Below, piece by piece: positions 12,349 to 26,701 of a stretch of DNA of 64,000 nucleotides. Below the pieces are notes generated by a model. The model made no database searches, was not told the origin of the DNA, and worked only from the letters and a program-made list of their open reading frames with translations. The stretch's first letter is position 1, and every line of letters begins with the position of its first letter. The position numbers and the translations under genes were made by a program. The stretch comes from Gekko japonicus (lineage: Eukaryota): NCBI RefSeq assembly GCF_001447785.1, contig NW_015163136.1, forward strand, positions 238,111-302,110, read 5' to 3'.

Positions 12349-12567
12349 TAGGGTTGCCAACCTCCAAGTTGACCCCACAAGAGACCCCCCAAAATTACAA
12401 CTGGACCCTAGACAGCAGAGGTCTGTCTCCCTGCAGAAAATGGCTGCTTTGGAGGGTGGACTCTGTGGCATTATACTCAGCTGAGGCCTCTCCCTTCCAA
12501 AACCCAGCCCTCCTTAGAGTCTACCACAAAATCTCTAGGAAACACAAGCCTGGCACTGGCAACCCTT
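12349..12567. mobile_element. hAT-like MITE (TAGGGTTGCC family)
   Basis: TAGGGTTGCC...GGCAACCCTT termini; 8-bp TSD GCCAGGCC/GTCAGGCC. Related partial copies at ~7095-7250, 23190-23352, 24195-24330, 26770-26967, 50770-51070, 51570-52162, 53100-53323 and 53480-53710. Confidence 0.8.
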
Positions 12568-12909
12568 GTCAGGCCTTCCCAAAGGCTCCCTCCCTCCCTC
12601 AAAGGCCAGATGAGGCCTGGAAAGGGCCCTTTCCCCACCCTTTTACTGACAAAGCCAGTTAGAAGCCCTTCTCCCCCCCCCACGAACATTCTAATCTCTC
12701 ACCGTTGATGCCTGAAGTAGATCTCTGCAGAGGCCATTTCAAAGGGTTTTGGGGGGAATTCAACTGTCCCTGAAGGGATTTTTTTTACTTTTTAGATTAT
12801 TCTGCAAACCCAGGAAATCTTCTGACTCCCAACAGGAAAATCTCCCAACAGGAAAAGCTGTTGGGGGAGAGTGAGCCCTCTGTTGGCGGAAATAAGTATC
12901 CACACAGAG

Positions 12910-13175
12910 TGGCTATTAGATATATAGATATGGAGCAGAAGTCCATCAGTGACTATTAGCCACAAGGTATAGATAGGAACTCTCAGGTTGGGATTAGTGA
13001 TACACTGTATTCTTGGTGCTTGGGGGGGCAACAGTGGGAGGGCATCTAGTGTCCTGGCCCCACTGCTGGACCTCCTGATGGCACCTGGTATTTTTGGCCA
13101 CTGTGTGACAGAGTGTTGGACTAGATGGGCCATTGGCCTAATCCAACATTGGCTTCTCTTATATTCTTATGTTCT
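12910..13175 (+). mobile_element. CR1 LINE 3' UTR end
   Basis: GTGTTGGACTAGATGGGCCATTGGCCTAATCCAACATTGGCTTCTCTTATATTCTTATG terminus. Same family at 21218-21340 (-) and ~55070-55161 (+). Confidence 0.75.
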
Positions 13176-15184
13176 AATATACCCAGATTTGGACAGGGGG
13201 CAGCCATTAACCAATTGTGAGTGCTGCTGCCATAAGTAACACTGAGATACCACCTAAGTGATACCATTGCACAAAATGTAATGGTTTTTGGCTTTTAACT
13301 TTTGGAGGGGAGAGCAGATGTGGTGCCTAAGAAGAAAGAAAGCCACTATAGCAAAGCAGTATGCAGCCATGTATGCAGTCATCTTTGTTCATAATAGAAC
13401 CAGTTTAAGATATGCAAACACCAAACAGTGCATCGAATATTCGACTTGGGCGATCATGACTTGCAAGCACACAGAGAGCTAAATGAACATCCTTTGAACA
13501 GAGCCCGTCAATCAGATTGGCTGTTGACACAAGAAGATATGCTTAAATGATTTTTATGTCTAGCCAGAAGAATATGTGGCTTCATAGGAAGAAAATGAGG
13601 CAATATTCTCTGCTTGAGTATGCAGTACTTTTCATGCAAGTGTCTAAAATATTACTAATGTAGAAGTCAGTCATATCTGGTAGTGAATCTTCAACACTTA
13701 GTAGTTCTTTTTCAGAATCTGATCCACTGGGGTCATTAATAGGACTTCCTGACATTTTGGACCATCTCATAGTTGGTATCTCATCTCAGTTCATTTTGGA
13801 GGTGCCAGCAGACAGCTGGCTGATGGTTTTGAAGATCCACCCACACTAATTAAATATGATAATTATCCTGTTCTAGAATGCCCATTATTCTTTTTTAATG
13901 TCAGGTTCTAACTTTCACAATGACCTTCCTTTCAAAGTTGCAAACTAGACTTCAGGCACTTTCTCTAAAAGTAATAATAGTAAAATCCTGAAAAAAAGAA
14001 TTCACAGTGCCTGCTAAGCACTAAGGTATTGGCTGGTTTCATTCCTAAAGAATACAGTTGGGTAATCAACATTCTGATCAAGTGCCAAGCATATCTATGA
14101 GGGCTGCTGGATCTTAAACTTCTATATACAATGATTGATTTGTACTCGTGCTTACCTGCTGCTTGAGGCTGATAACACAGAATTTTTGCCATCTCTCATT
14201 TTCATCTCAAGATGTTTAGACATATATTTTATATATTATTTTAATCATTTTTTTCCTTTTAAAAATTAGTCAACTTGGGAAACAGGTGTCAGATAGAATT
14301 GCAGGCAGCAATATTCTTCTAGTTTTAAGAATCAGTTCCCTGACAATGTTTTAAAAGACTTCCTATTTATTTTGTACATTTTCTCCTATTTATTTATTTA
14401 GTACATTTTCCTCCTTGGAACATACATCATTTTCCTCACCTCCATTTAACCCTCACAACAGCCCTGTGAGGCAGGTTAGACAGAGAGAGAGTGATTGGCC
14501 CAAAGTCACCCAGCAAGGTTCGTGGCACTGTGGGTCTCCCAGATCCTAGACCAAACTTAGACCAAGCTCTGGATGTATTATGGTTTCTGTTGAATTTTGC
14601 CAGTGATTGTTGATTACCAGACAAACTTAAAATTAACAACTACCTTTGGACTAAATAAATAATGGGTTAGATCCAGTACATAAATTTCACTTGTACTAGA
14701 GCTCTTGCGCAAGTGGTAAAATAAGAAAAACAGTATGGTAACTGTATGTGCTAAAGCAAACTTACTGTATCCCCGCCTTGCATTTCTGCTTGTGCAAGTT
14801 CTTGTGCAATCAGTTTCTGGGTACTATAATACATAGTGAGGAAAGCACTAGCTGTTGCAAAAGACCTTGCTCAAGTAGAATTGTACTAAGTCTGTTTATG
14901 TTTTCCACTTGTACATTGCTGGATCCAAGAGATTAACTACAATTACCCTACTTTATGTCATTCACTAACAACTGTCTACTTTTTCAAGGAAGCTTAGGGG
15001 ATTTAATGCATTTTATATGACTCCCCTCCCAACCCAGCAAAAGTTAATAATGACTAAACACGACTGAAATCAATGGGTAATCACCACTAATGGAAGGCAT
15101 TTCTGTTAGAGGAACAGAACTTTCCTGTCTTCCCCCTCCCACGTCAGCCCACTTATCTCCACAATATGCTCTGCCTGGGACGAT

Positions 15185-15800
15185 TGTCAGGATTTAGTTT
15201 CAGTGTGTTCACACTTAGCCATTTAACCATTCAGGACCTTTACTACATCATTAGGAGATTTGGATAAGGAGATACAGAGCTGGGTATCATCAGCTTATTG
15301 ACGACATCCAACCCCAAAACTATGAATGGTTTGTCCTAAGGATTTTTACATACAGATTAAAAATTATGAAAATCCAACACTTATGATAACTAGACTCCAG
15401 TCCAGTCTCCGAGGAATTATTTGAACCAGTCTCTGATATCTATTTCTGCCTGCAAATATCTGACCAAAATGAAATGGTTCACTGTATCAACGGCTGTAAA
15501 TAAGCACAGCAGGAAGATGGAAGTCATCTCTTTGAGAAGCCAAGGGAAGGAGGCCTGAGTCAGTGATCAATTTATGATAGAGAATAAGGGCTCACTGATG
15601 TGGTCCTTACATGATTTTAGCAGCAGTATGTGCAAGGGTTCAGGGCACAAGTAATAGACCACAGATCACAGGATCCTGTCAATATCCATCATGGAAACTG
15701 GGTCAAGGATGTATTAGGCATATCTTCTGACTGACCTATATTACAGACAGGAGGATCCATGAGCCTCCATGGGTGGACTATTTTAACTGGGGCCCCTTTC
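15185..15800 (-). mobile_element. Old, degraded L2 LINE RT fragment
   Basis: Minus strand gives GCRQ*ADDTQLCIS (YADDTQL motif, ~15270-15310) and a degraded AAFDTVNH motif (~15477-15503). Boundaries approximate. Confidence 0.6.
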
Positions 15801-18800
15801 TAATGGGGTGTAAAGGCCACATCTGTCCTTGCCTTGAGTAGATATTCTTATTCTTATTATTACCACCTTTCCTTAAACTCAGATTAGTCAAGAAAACATT
15901 ATAATACTATTCTAAACCATTAAAAGTAATTATGAACATAATTAACAATAGAACAGTGACAACAAAAACATGATAGTATTTATTCTGAATTTACTTCTAA
16001 CATTTTTTATTATTTATTTATTAAGATTTATACCCCACATTAACCAGAAAAGCTGAAGAATACCAAATGTTCCTCTCTGTCCTCTCAACTACTCAGGCTC
16101 CTCATTCTTAGCTTTCTCTCTCACTCTTTCTGAATTATCCCTTTCTTGTAAGTCTCTGCTTTCAATGGCTCTCACTGAAATTCTTGCAGCCATTCATTCC
16201 CTTAGTGATAAGGTTAGTTTTTGGAGTTGTATTCAGTAATGTGTTTTACAGAGGAAAGTGCTTTTTTTTGCCAGGCTCGTGAGATTTCCAAGGTTACAGG
16301 TGAAATGCTGGTGAAGCATTTGCCATGCTACTGAGCAGCTACGGTCTAGTAGCAGATTTTCTCGACAAGATGACAGTGTACATAGATTTCTAGGGGGGAA
16401 CAGAAGATCAAGACCTTAAGTAAGCAGTTTGAGAGCCATCAATTTAAATAGATCAAATTTCTGTTTATGCATTTGCTCACATACAGAGTACAAGGCTTGC
16501 TAATATAGTGTGGCATTCATTCTAGCTTCTGTGTTCTTCTTATGGAAGAGCTTACCAAAAGAAATAAAAACATTTATTCTCTGCCAACTAAAGTAGACAC
16601 AGCATGTGCCTATCTTTGTGACCATTTAAATAGATATACACTGATGAGTGCTGCTAAGCATGGGAAACAAGGCTCAGGATGCAGAGATTTTTTTGTTTTG
16701 GCAGGGAAAAAAAGGATATGCTGGTATCAGTCACAAAACACAACTCCATCCAACCCACAGCATCAGAATCAGCAAATCTTCAAGTGAAGTAAGCTAAGAT
16801 GATGCAAGATTCATGAATGGGTCTCTAGTGTAACCCTTTTCTTGGTAAATAGCAGTAACAGGATGGGGGTGGTGGACTGATTTGGATTTTGTGCTTGCAA
16901 ACCTAATGTCTCTGCTGGCAATATTACCATTGATTTGGGTCCAGTTTTAGCTTTTTCTTTTTCCCTCCCCCTACAGTGAAGTGGAGGAAAACTGTACTGT
17001 GTCACTGACTGCCAGGTGCCAGAAGATGTAATATACATACCTATGCATCCCTCATCTTTCCAGTGGATTCTAATTGTTGTAAGGCCATCTTGAAAGTCAA
17101 TCTTGGCTGAAAAGTCAGGTGTAACAATGTGTATTAGAATTATGAGGTTTGGGACTGTACGGACCAACTGATAAGACTGTCAGAGCAATCCTAACAACAT
17201 TTTCCTGGGAATAAGATCCATTGAACAAACCCGTATACCTGCTTAGGATTGCCGTCTGTACCGCTTCAGTCTGTTGGTTGGGTATGGCATACCTGCATGT
17301 TCTCATCTGGAGGAAAAAACAACAGACATTTTCTGAATAGAAAAACAGAATGTCTGAGAAATGATTATGCTGAAATGTTCAGCCAGCAGAACTCTCCCCC
17401 CCAAAAAAACTCCCATGGGTGAAATTTAAGCATGCAACCCCTTCACTACTATAACCTGCCTTTTCAAGAGGTATGGTTCTGGAATAGATTTACATGTTGA
17501 TTCTGTTGATTGTATATACTGGCATTCAGATATTTCCAGTCACATCCTAAGCAGAATTATAGGGGTATAACTGCTTAGGAATTCACTGCTAGTTTTATAT
17601 CTCCCAAGTATGCATCCAGCATATCACAAACATTTCAAAAGGGCATTCACCAAAAAAACCCCAAAACCTACAATGGCCCTCACAACTGGCAGGAAAAATT
17701 TCTCATTGGAAAAGCTCCAAGGGACTAAGAAACAGTTATAGTAATCTATCTTGACATATCACTTCTTCATGTATGCAAAAAGGCAGCACTTGAACATTTA
17801 TGTCAAGTTCTTTGTGCTAGCTTAACTCTCCAGGTTCAGTCAAGAGAAATCACACTAATCGACAGTAGCATTCTTAGCTATTTGAAAAACAGCTTCGTTT
17901 GGGTCACTATGATTGCATCTGACTGACTGGGCTATATCCTATCAATACACTAAGTCAGCAGCTTCATTGCATCTCAGCAAGAGGTGGTTTAGGCACACCC
18001 AGTGACAATGTGGAAGATCACAATTAGGAAACAGTAATGAAGCAAGAATGTGATACTGAATCAATTACAATTAACTACCTTTCCCCACCTTTTCTGATCT
18101 TTTTGCAACAGACGTAACACAATCAGGTGATATGCTTGGCATGAATACATAATCAGGTATGGAAACAGAAAGTTATTTGAGACCTGACAAAGAAATTTCT
18201 CTTGTCACAATTTTTTGAGGAAAAATTGAAGCTTTTAGGAAGATTTCCAAAGTACTTATAGTGGCCTTGAAAAGAAATCTGCAACTTGAACAGTTACCCA
18301 ACACTAAATCTTCCATTGCCTGCTAGTAGAACCAAACTCATAGTTTTCTAGATATCTGCTGTGAGTAGGGTTCTTTTTCACTCCACCTTTTCACTACAGT
18401 GAAGTTGCAAAAGGGAGACTTTTCCTGCCATCCAAGATGGGTAGGGATGGAAGCAAGGTTTTTGAGCTCTTCAATGAAAAAAGGAGAGCTCATGCAACCC
18501 TTTTAATGTCTATGAGGTTTCTAGAATGGAAGATCAGAAGAATATGATGTCCAGCTAATCTACTGGGAATTGGCTCCTGATTTCCCCTCTGAAAATGTTG
18601 CTGGGTATACAGCAAAATTTCCTTAACAGAAGTTCAGAAGCTAACTTCCAGCTGTTCCCTCTAGAAGAGAGAGTTGGCTTCTTCTGGCTGCAAGTAGCCA
18701 ATTTCTGCAATTATATATAAACAGTTTGTGAACAGCCAAACAGCCCATCCATTAACTGGCTGCCTGATCACCACTGTGGAAAGGAAAGTGAGCTGAACGG

Positions 18801-21800
18801 GCAAGTGTTCAGGCATCCTTACTTAAAACTATAAGCCCATGTTTTGGTGAATCACTGTTTTCCTTCCTTTTATCTGATTAAAGCTCTTTCGATCAAATAC
18901 CTTGAGTGGTCATGGGCCCTCCTCTAATATGATCTTTGAGATTTTATACCCAAACAACAAAGTTTAGGACCTCATCTACCATTCCAATGTATTTGAAAAA
19001 TTTATTTATTATTTATTTATTTAATTCCATTTCTACCCCGCCCTCCCCGCACGCAGGCTCAGGGCGGCTGATTTCCCCTCTGATACCTTGCCTCATACCT
19101 TGAATAAACTTTTGTTGGTCTTAAAGGTGCCACTGGACTCTAAATTTGTTCAACAATATATATATTTTTAGCAACAATGAGGGTAATATTAGGAGATCTG
19201 TCAGATAAAATGAGTGAGATTCTTTTATAGAGAGGTAAAAAGGAAATAGTGTCCAAATAGTACTTGAAGAATCAATTCCCAGAGATCCCCTGTGGGGGGG
19301 GGGGAGAAGGATTCCAATAAATTATGCACCAATGTACTGATCTTCCATAAAGAACAGTCACAAACATGAAAAGGGGTCCTCATTAATCTACCACTCATAA
19401 CAGGGGTGGACTGTGCATTTAGCCAAGTCAATTAAAAAGCTCTAAAATAATTTAGGATGCCACTGTTTTCCTGTTTCAATAATACTTGCAACAGGAGTTA
19501 AATCTGGATCTAATGGCCACAAGAGTTTATCTTCTCAGGCTGACATGCTATATTCTTATCGAAAGGCATGATCAATACAGAGTTCTTGTCCTCTAGACAC
19601 ATTCACAGGATGGGATAGTAATTCCGAGGCTAGCTATCGTAGCAGTGATACACAGAGGTCAAGTTGCATATTAAAGACTATCAACAGTTTTTCCCCAGGA
19701 TGAGCTTTCAGGAGGAGCTCAGGTCTTCAGGTGTGAATTTTGTTAATCATTAAGGTGCTAATGACTCCTGTGTAATTTAGGCAAGACAGGATTGATTAAA
19801 TCCCCTTATACTGGCAGAAAACAGATATAACAACATGGTGAATCTATATAAGCATCATGATACCATGCACCTGTCACTACAGATGCAATGGTATCAGGGC
19901 CAGCTCCCCGCCCAAGCCACCCAAAGAACTCCTTGGGGTAGCACAGTTATGAGGACAGTGGTACACTGCTGCTGTAGCTTTGCTCACTCCCAGCCATCAA
20001 TGGTGCATCACTTCCTGTACCTATGCCACTTCCAGTCAACATCAAGCCAAGCCCCTGCAACTCAGCTCTAACTCAACCCCCTGATGATATGGGAGAAGAA
20101 AACACCTTGCTTGAGATATCAAGGTATCTTGAACTGACCTTGAATGGTATCTGGTACACATAGATCAATATTTGGAGTAATGCTTGTGCCAATGAGTCAC
20201 CGCCAGCACAAAGGGGGAAAGAGGTGAAGAAACAGGTGGAGCTGTGGATCTGGTGGAGGAGTGAAACTTATGCTTTCTCAGAGATCGTTCCCATCCCTTG
20301 CACAGTGTAATGTTTTACCAATAAAATAGGTGGCATAAGTAGAAACATACCTGCTAGAGTCAGTTTAGACTGTTCCATTTTATCTCACTGTGCTCTTCAG
20401 CCTTCTTGAAGAATAGGATGCTGTCCGGTTCAGAAGCCTTTCATGACAGCATACAAATGCAATTGCTCACAAAGGGAACACAGCTTATATAATATGAGAC
20501 ATAAGGCTATGTCACACAGCCCCCATTTCCAAAGATCTATAAGCACACACATGGGAAGACTGGTGATGGTCCTGTTAATCAATTAGCAAAAAGAGTGCAC
20601 TTTAGATAAACTCTTCCATTCTTTGACTCCTTGTAAGTACTCTGCTGCAGGATTCAAACAACTCACTAGGAACATTATGTGCTTGGATATGAACTGATCA
20701 GAAACCAACCCCAAACTTTCTGTTTATTATTTTAACTACTGTAACTAAAAATAATGATAGCTAATAATATTCAGAAATCTTTGGCTCTGACAATTATCTG
20801 GTATCTGGTAAACCAGTGTGGTTTAGTGCTTAGAGTTAGGGATGCTGAACTCCTACAGGTTCAGATCACCTTATAATTGCCAGGTGCAAATATCCCACTG
20901 ATCTATGGATGATCTAATTGGCTAATTGGTGGTGATCCATTTGCTAGAGTTTGCTGGGTGGGAAGACAGGCTGGTCCCACTGAGCTGCAGGCCCAATCAG
21001 GACTGGGCCCTCATAGGTTTTTTAAAATCTCCTGTTAGGCACAAAAATGGTGGTCATATCCCTGGGTTCAACCTGGGAACACTGGCACATTTAGATCCTC
21101 ACTTGGAGGAAGGGGATATATCACTCATCCTCCAACCTCTAGGTCACACTACTCAGTTAGTCTTTTCTCTTGGTTTTGTTGATAATGCTAATAAAAGCTA
21201 AAGACTACAATTACATAACAACATAAGAGAAGCCAATGTTGGATCAGGCCAATGACCCATCCAGTCCAACACTCTGTCACACAGAGGCCAAAAATACCAG
21301 GTGCCACCAGTGGGACCAGGACACTAGAAGCCCTCCCTTCTATGCATACTTACTTGAGAGCAAAATCTTCTGGGCTTGGTTAACTTTGGAGCTGGTCTGC
21401 TTAGAAGAATCCTATTTTAGTTCATGAAATGTACTCCTAGGAAAGATTATTGCAACTTATTCTGCTTTCAGGCACCATGTTTGAGCAATTCCCTTGATTT
21501 TTTGAGACCAGTTCCTTGTTTTATTTGCACTTCTGTGGTAATTTAATGTATCTCAATGGAGCCCATTCAAGCTAATTTTCTGCAACTGGTACTGTGGCAA
21601 GTTCATAAGGAGTTAAGGTGAAAGGAGTGGTATAAATTAAATCCTGGATTGGGACACCAGAATTGCTACTATTGATTACAGTAAATTAATCTAGTGAATT
21701 TATTTGTGATGAAGATTGTAGTATCCCTACTTGTTTGTGTTGGACTCAGCTTTGGGAGACCCTGGTTCAAATCACTGCTGTGCCATGAAAACTTGCTTGG

Positions 21801-21892
21801 TGACTTTGGACCAGTCACACAGCCTTTGCGGAGTTTACCTCACATGATTGTTATGAGAATAATCTGGAGGAGAGGACAATATAAACCACTTT

Positions 21893-22178
21893 TAGGGCTA
21901 CCAGGTCTTACCTGGCTGCTGGTGTGTATGTGTGGGGGGTCCAGTTTTGTTCTGGGAGTCTTCTGGTCACCATAGAGTTTTTGCCCAAATGCCAGAGCAT
22001 CCTGTCTGACATGCCCAGCGCAATGATGTCATCTCTGGGTGATGTCATCATGCTGGGTACATCAGGTGGGGTGGGGCTCTTTGCTAGTGGGGCTTCCCAC
22101 CAGCCAGCTAACCAGCAGCAGATTGGGGGGCCCAAAATTGGGGGGAAACCCACCCCCATCAGGGGGATGGCAACCCTA
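21893..22178. mobile_element. hAT-like MITE inserted in an old SINE
   Basis: TAGGGCTACC...GGCAACCCTA termini; perfect 8-bp TSD ACCACTTT (21885-21892, 22179-22186). Confidence 0.82.
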
Positions 22179-25100
22179 ACCACTTTGGATCTGTATTAGG
22201 GAGAAAATAAGGTTATAAATGAAATAGATATTTGCTTTATTTAAGTACTTTTACATCACCTTGCTTTGCCCAAGATAATCTCAAGTCAGTTTACAGTACT
22301 GAACCATGCAACCCATTAAAAGCCTTGTGGAACACAGGCAGGGAGATGCCTCATATTTGTAAGCCACAATGAGATGTTAATGTTGTCTTTCTTTCATTAT
22401 TAAGATGAATAGAAGACAGGGAGGTAGCAGCAAGAAGAAATCCTGCAGGAAATAGGATGGGATTGTGCAGGTGTGAAAGGTAATAATACATACTGTAAGT
22501 TTTGTGTCTTATTGTTTTTATATTACTGCCTCTTTGAGACATAACTCAGGGGAACTCTGGGAAAAGAGAGCAAAGAAGGAGACTCCTGTACTGAAATTAT
22601 TAGTTCAGAAGGTGTTGCAGTTCATGTTTGGAGTGTTCATAAGAAGTGAAAGTTGATGTTTCCTACACTCCCTACTTCCCCCAATTCAAAGGTAGCATAT
22701 GCATGATGGGCTTCTTAGAACAATCAAACTGGCTGAGTTGATGAATGGCAAAACAAACCAGCAGGCTATTTAACATTCCTTAAACTTTAAACAACCAATA
22801 AGTAACTACCTTTAAAATGTGAAGTTCTGTAAAATGTGAAAACTGGTGGGGCTGCAAATGTTAATGCAGTTTTAGCCAGCATGGGGATGCAGTGGTGGGC
22901 CAAGCTGCACACATCAACCCTTCGGCCACTAGTTGATGTATGAGATTAATAACCGGATATAGTATGGATGCAAATTATCCCCCATTATATATTTGTATGT
23001 CTGTATGTCTGTTTGTTTCTTGTAGAATAAAGAAAAAGTATTTTGGTGGGGGAAACCCTTTGGCCACTGTGCAGTTTTCAAAGGCATGAACACAAATCTA
23101 ACAAACCAATCTCTGATACTGTCAGAACTCACTCCATCACTGATGTTGAATGAAATAGGTGACTATTATTACTGTTTTCCTGATGGGTAGCAGGGAGGAG
23201 TGGGGGGTTGAGGAGGGCAGGGACTTCATCAGGCTATAATGCCACAGAGATCAACTCCCAAAGCAGCCATTTTCTCCAGGGAACTGACCCAAGGAGACTA
23301 GCTGTAATTCTGAGAGATCTCCATCCATCACCTGGAAGTTGGCAAGCCTAGGTAGCAGAGAGGGACTGTCTCCCCCTTGCTTTACTTTCCTCAGCAGGGG
23401 CACAGGGTTCACCACCACAGCACTCTGATAGGGCTTAACAAACAGTGTCTTGTCTCACACCCTTGCCATTGAGGTACCAGTTATGGTGTTGCCCTGGGAA
23501 TGGGCAAAAGGTTCAATACTAGGATCCACTGAGATAATATATATTTGCCCCAAAACAAGGACTGAACAATATTTTCAGTTTCTAGTCATTAACATCACTA
23601 AATCACAATTGGATACCAGAAATACTCAAGTGCCTGGATTATCCAGTTATGGGATCCAAATGTGGATTCTCAAGGTTCACCAAGCCCCTAGATCTTTTCA
23701 GCCCTGTTGAGAATTACAAAGAAATTATTTGTGAAATATAAATCAAGTAATGCTGTTGCACAGAAAGATGCCTATATAGGGACATTTAATAGCTATCACC
23801 TGTTTTTATCATTCCTTCCCTGTAAGATAAAGGAGTACTTAGTCACCAGCTCTATGACCTTGCTGACAAGTTGCTTTTCAGGAGAACGCAACAGAGTTTA
23901 GCTGTATGTCTTAGCACCTCATGAGGCAATAAGATCTACATCATCCTTTTTGTCATGTTGTCAGTGACCAGAGGTGGCTAAGGAATTAGTAGTCTGCTCA
24001 AAAGTCTACTCCTTCCCAGATGAAGGGCCTTCAAGCCTCAAACTGCATATTATTTGCTTCATTTGTACCCCACCTTTCTCCCCAATGGGGACCTAGTGTG
24101 ACAACCATTGTTCCTGTGCTGTGTTTTAATAGCTGTTTTGTAAGTTATTTCATTGCTGAAGTTTATAAGTGTGACCCACCAGGGAGACCATACTAGAGTT
24201 GACAACTCCAAAGTGGGAAATTCCTGGAGATTTGGGGGATGGCAGGGCTTGGGGAAGGGAAGGACCTCAGCAGGGTATATTGCTATAGAATCCATCCTCC
24301 AAAACAGCCTGGAGATCACCATCTGGAGTTTGTGAAACCTAACTTAACCTGTTGCTGGACAAACTAGGTCCCCCTGTGCTAGAGGGAAAAAGGAAGCAAG
24401 ATGAAGGAGAAAGTAGAGAAAGAGCTGTGAAAAGGAGAAGAATAAAACCTGATGTTTAGAATCTTGTATCCTTGCCTGCATCAAACTACAAAAGCCTGCC
24501 ACCTTAGCACCTGCTTAGAGACAAGCACTCTACATGCCAGGTCAATATAGACAGAACTGAAACTTCAGCTTGTTAAGAATGTTATTGCTCACTTTCTGAC
24601 TGATCTGAACTGTCTGTAGACATCTGCAATGCACCTTTGTATTGAGGCCCACTTTACCCATTGCTTTAAGGAGTGAAATGTTTTGGATCCTGATTAGTTC
24701 ATAATTATCCTGTAACAACCCTTTCTCCCAGTCTTTAAGATCTGAATTCCAGTTTCAGAGGAGAAGAGAAATATCTGAGCCATCTGAATAAAACCCGGGC
24801 TGAATTGAGCATCTGATCTTGCCCCTTTTTTCAAGTATTTGAATCCTGGGCTTGGCTGAAGACTGAAGTCTTTGATGAAAGCCAAAGGCTCTTGCTCTTT
24901 AGCTCTTAACCTGTGGGCCATGCTGATACAACTAGCACCAGTCCAGGATGTCCTCGTGGCTCATTACTTTCTTCAGACTGTACTGGAGGCTTGTTGGGTT
25001 GTATGTATTTTCTCATATTCTGGTTTTATTTGCATAACAGCATACAGTACTGCTCACATAGCTAAAAACTAATTAGAAAAACTGCAATATAATCTAAAAA

Positions 25101-26382
25101 TAACCAATACATTAAATACCATGAGAAACAGGTTCTTTTTTTCTTTCTGCTCCACAGATATTGATTGTTTCATAGGTGAATTAAGAATGTTTTGGTTCAT
25201 CCTACCTGTGGTACATGCTGTACTAATTGTTAAGTTCTTTCTTGTTTCAATTGTTTTAAATTATTATTTTTTATTATTAGCTATTTTGTTCATAATTTTC
25301 AGAAAGTTTATTGCTGGACTAGTCTTAGTTTATTTCAGCTCATCTGACCAATGGTCTCAAGCACATCCACAATATACAACATACATATAAAATACCAAAG
25401 CGAAAGTTTAAAGCTATACATTCAAAACCAGTTAAAATTTAAGCAGTATAAAAGATTTAAAATATAAAACAGAACCAAAGATGCAGACCTTATCATAACA
25501 GCAATTATTTACGCTTCAATGCTATTAAAATAGCTAAATATTCTGCTACTGAAGCAGTAATGATCAGATCAATATCAAACAGCTGATAAGAGGTCACCCA
25601 TGGCTCCAGTGGAAGGTGGTATTTGGACAGAAGTGGATATATCCAATATGACCAAAGAGCTAACCAATGAGAACAAAACAAAAGGAGATGTGTCAGTATT
25701 GCAATCTTGCCAGAAGTGCAGGTACAAAGCCTATCTGAATACGGAGTTCATGAAAAACGTCCCGTTAATTCTGCAGATGGTACAGCACTCAATCTTGCAA
25801 GAGTAAATGTAGATCTATGAGAAGGGGTGGTAAAATGGCTTAGATATTATGGAAGGGTCAATGAAGGAGGGATCCCCAAAGCTAGGGGAGAACATACACA
25901 CCTTGTTCGTGTGGCAGTACTAGACCTATCCCAATTTCCTGCCTTTGATCTAATCTGTCTCCATACTTCTTGTTGAGATGTAGTCCAATTTCTAAACCAA
26001 TAAGTTTAAAATCTCAGCCCCTCTAGAAACCAATCTGAGAAGCAACTTGATCTCTACAAAGAAACAACCCAAGTACTAGAATGGGCATTGCAAATCTGTG
26101 GCATGGGTGTCACAACTTCCATTTGTGATGGTTCTAATGTAAAGTCCGGCTGTTAACTGTAGGTGCAGTCTCCCTGCAAATCTCCATTCACTCGCTCAGT
26201 GCAGAGTACAACTTCCTCCCTCTATGTCAGCTCAAATGTTCAATATGGCAAGCTTCCACATGACAACAACAATTTTTTTTTGTTAATATATGGAAACTAA
26301 GTGATAATCATTTGCCACAGGATATAGGTAGCACTGAACTGGATCCAGATAATTTCTTCTGTAAAGTCTTCTGTAAAGTGAG

Positions 26383-26641
26383 GCAGTTTAGTGTAGTGGT
26401 TAAGTGTGCAGACTCTAATCTGGGAGAACCGGGTTTGATTCCCCACTCCTCCACTTGCACCTGGCTGGATGACCTTAGGCAAGCCATAATTCTGGCACAG
26501 CTGTTCTTGAAAAAGAGCAGTTTCTGTCAAGAGCTCTCTCAGCCCCACCTACCTCACAGGGTGTCTGTTGTGGGGAGGGGGAAGGGAAAGGAGTTTGTAA
26601 GCCGCTCTGAGACTCCTTTGGGTAGTGAAGGGTGGGGTATA
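26383..26641 (+). mobile_element. tRNA-derived SINE (Squam3-like), followed by a (GAT)n microsatellite at 26666-26700
   Basis: GTGTAGTGGTTAAGTGTGCAGACTC..GAACCGGGTTTGATTCCCCAC head and conserved body. Confidence 0.8.
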
Positions 26642-26665
26642 GGTATTTCCCAATCCAGAGCTGGC

Positions 26666-26701
<36 letters not shown>

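Noticed and set aside
13260-13800. Minus-strand ORF 13582-13770 and neighbouring protein-like frames, considered as exon or endogenous bornavirus-like gene
   Set aside because: No recognisable motif, no convincing splice sites, and stops in all frames.
26383-26450. tRNA gene calls at SINE heads (also 11417, 33348, 56585)
   Set aside because: A and B boxes continue into SINE bodies and tails; no complete cloverleaf.
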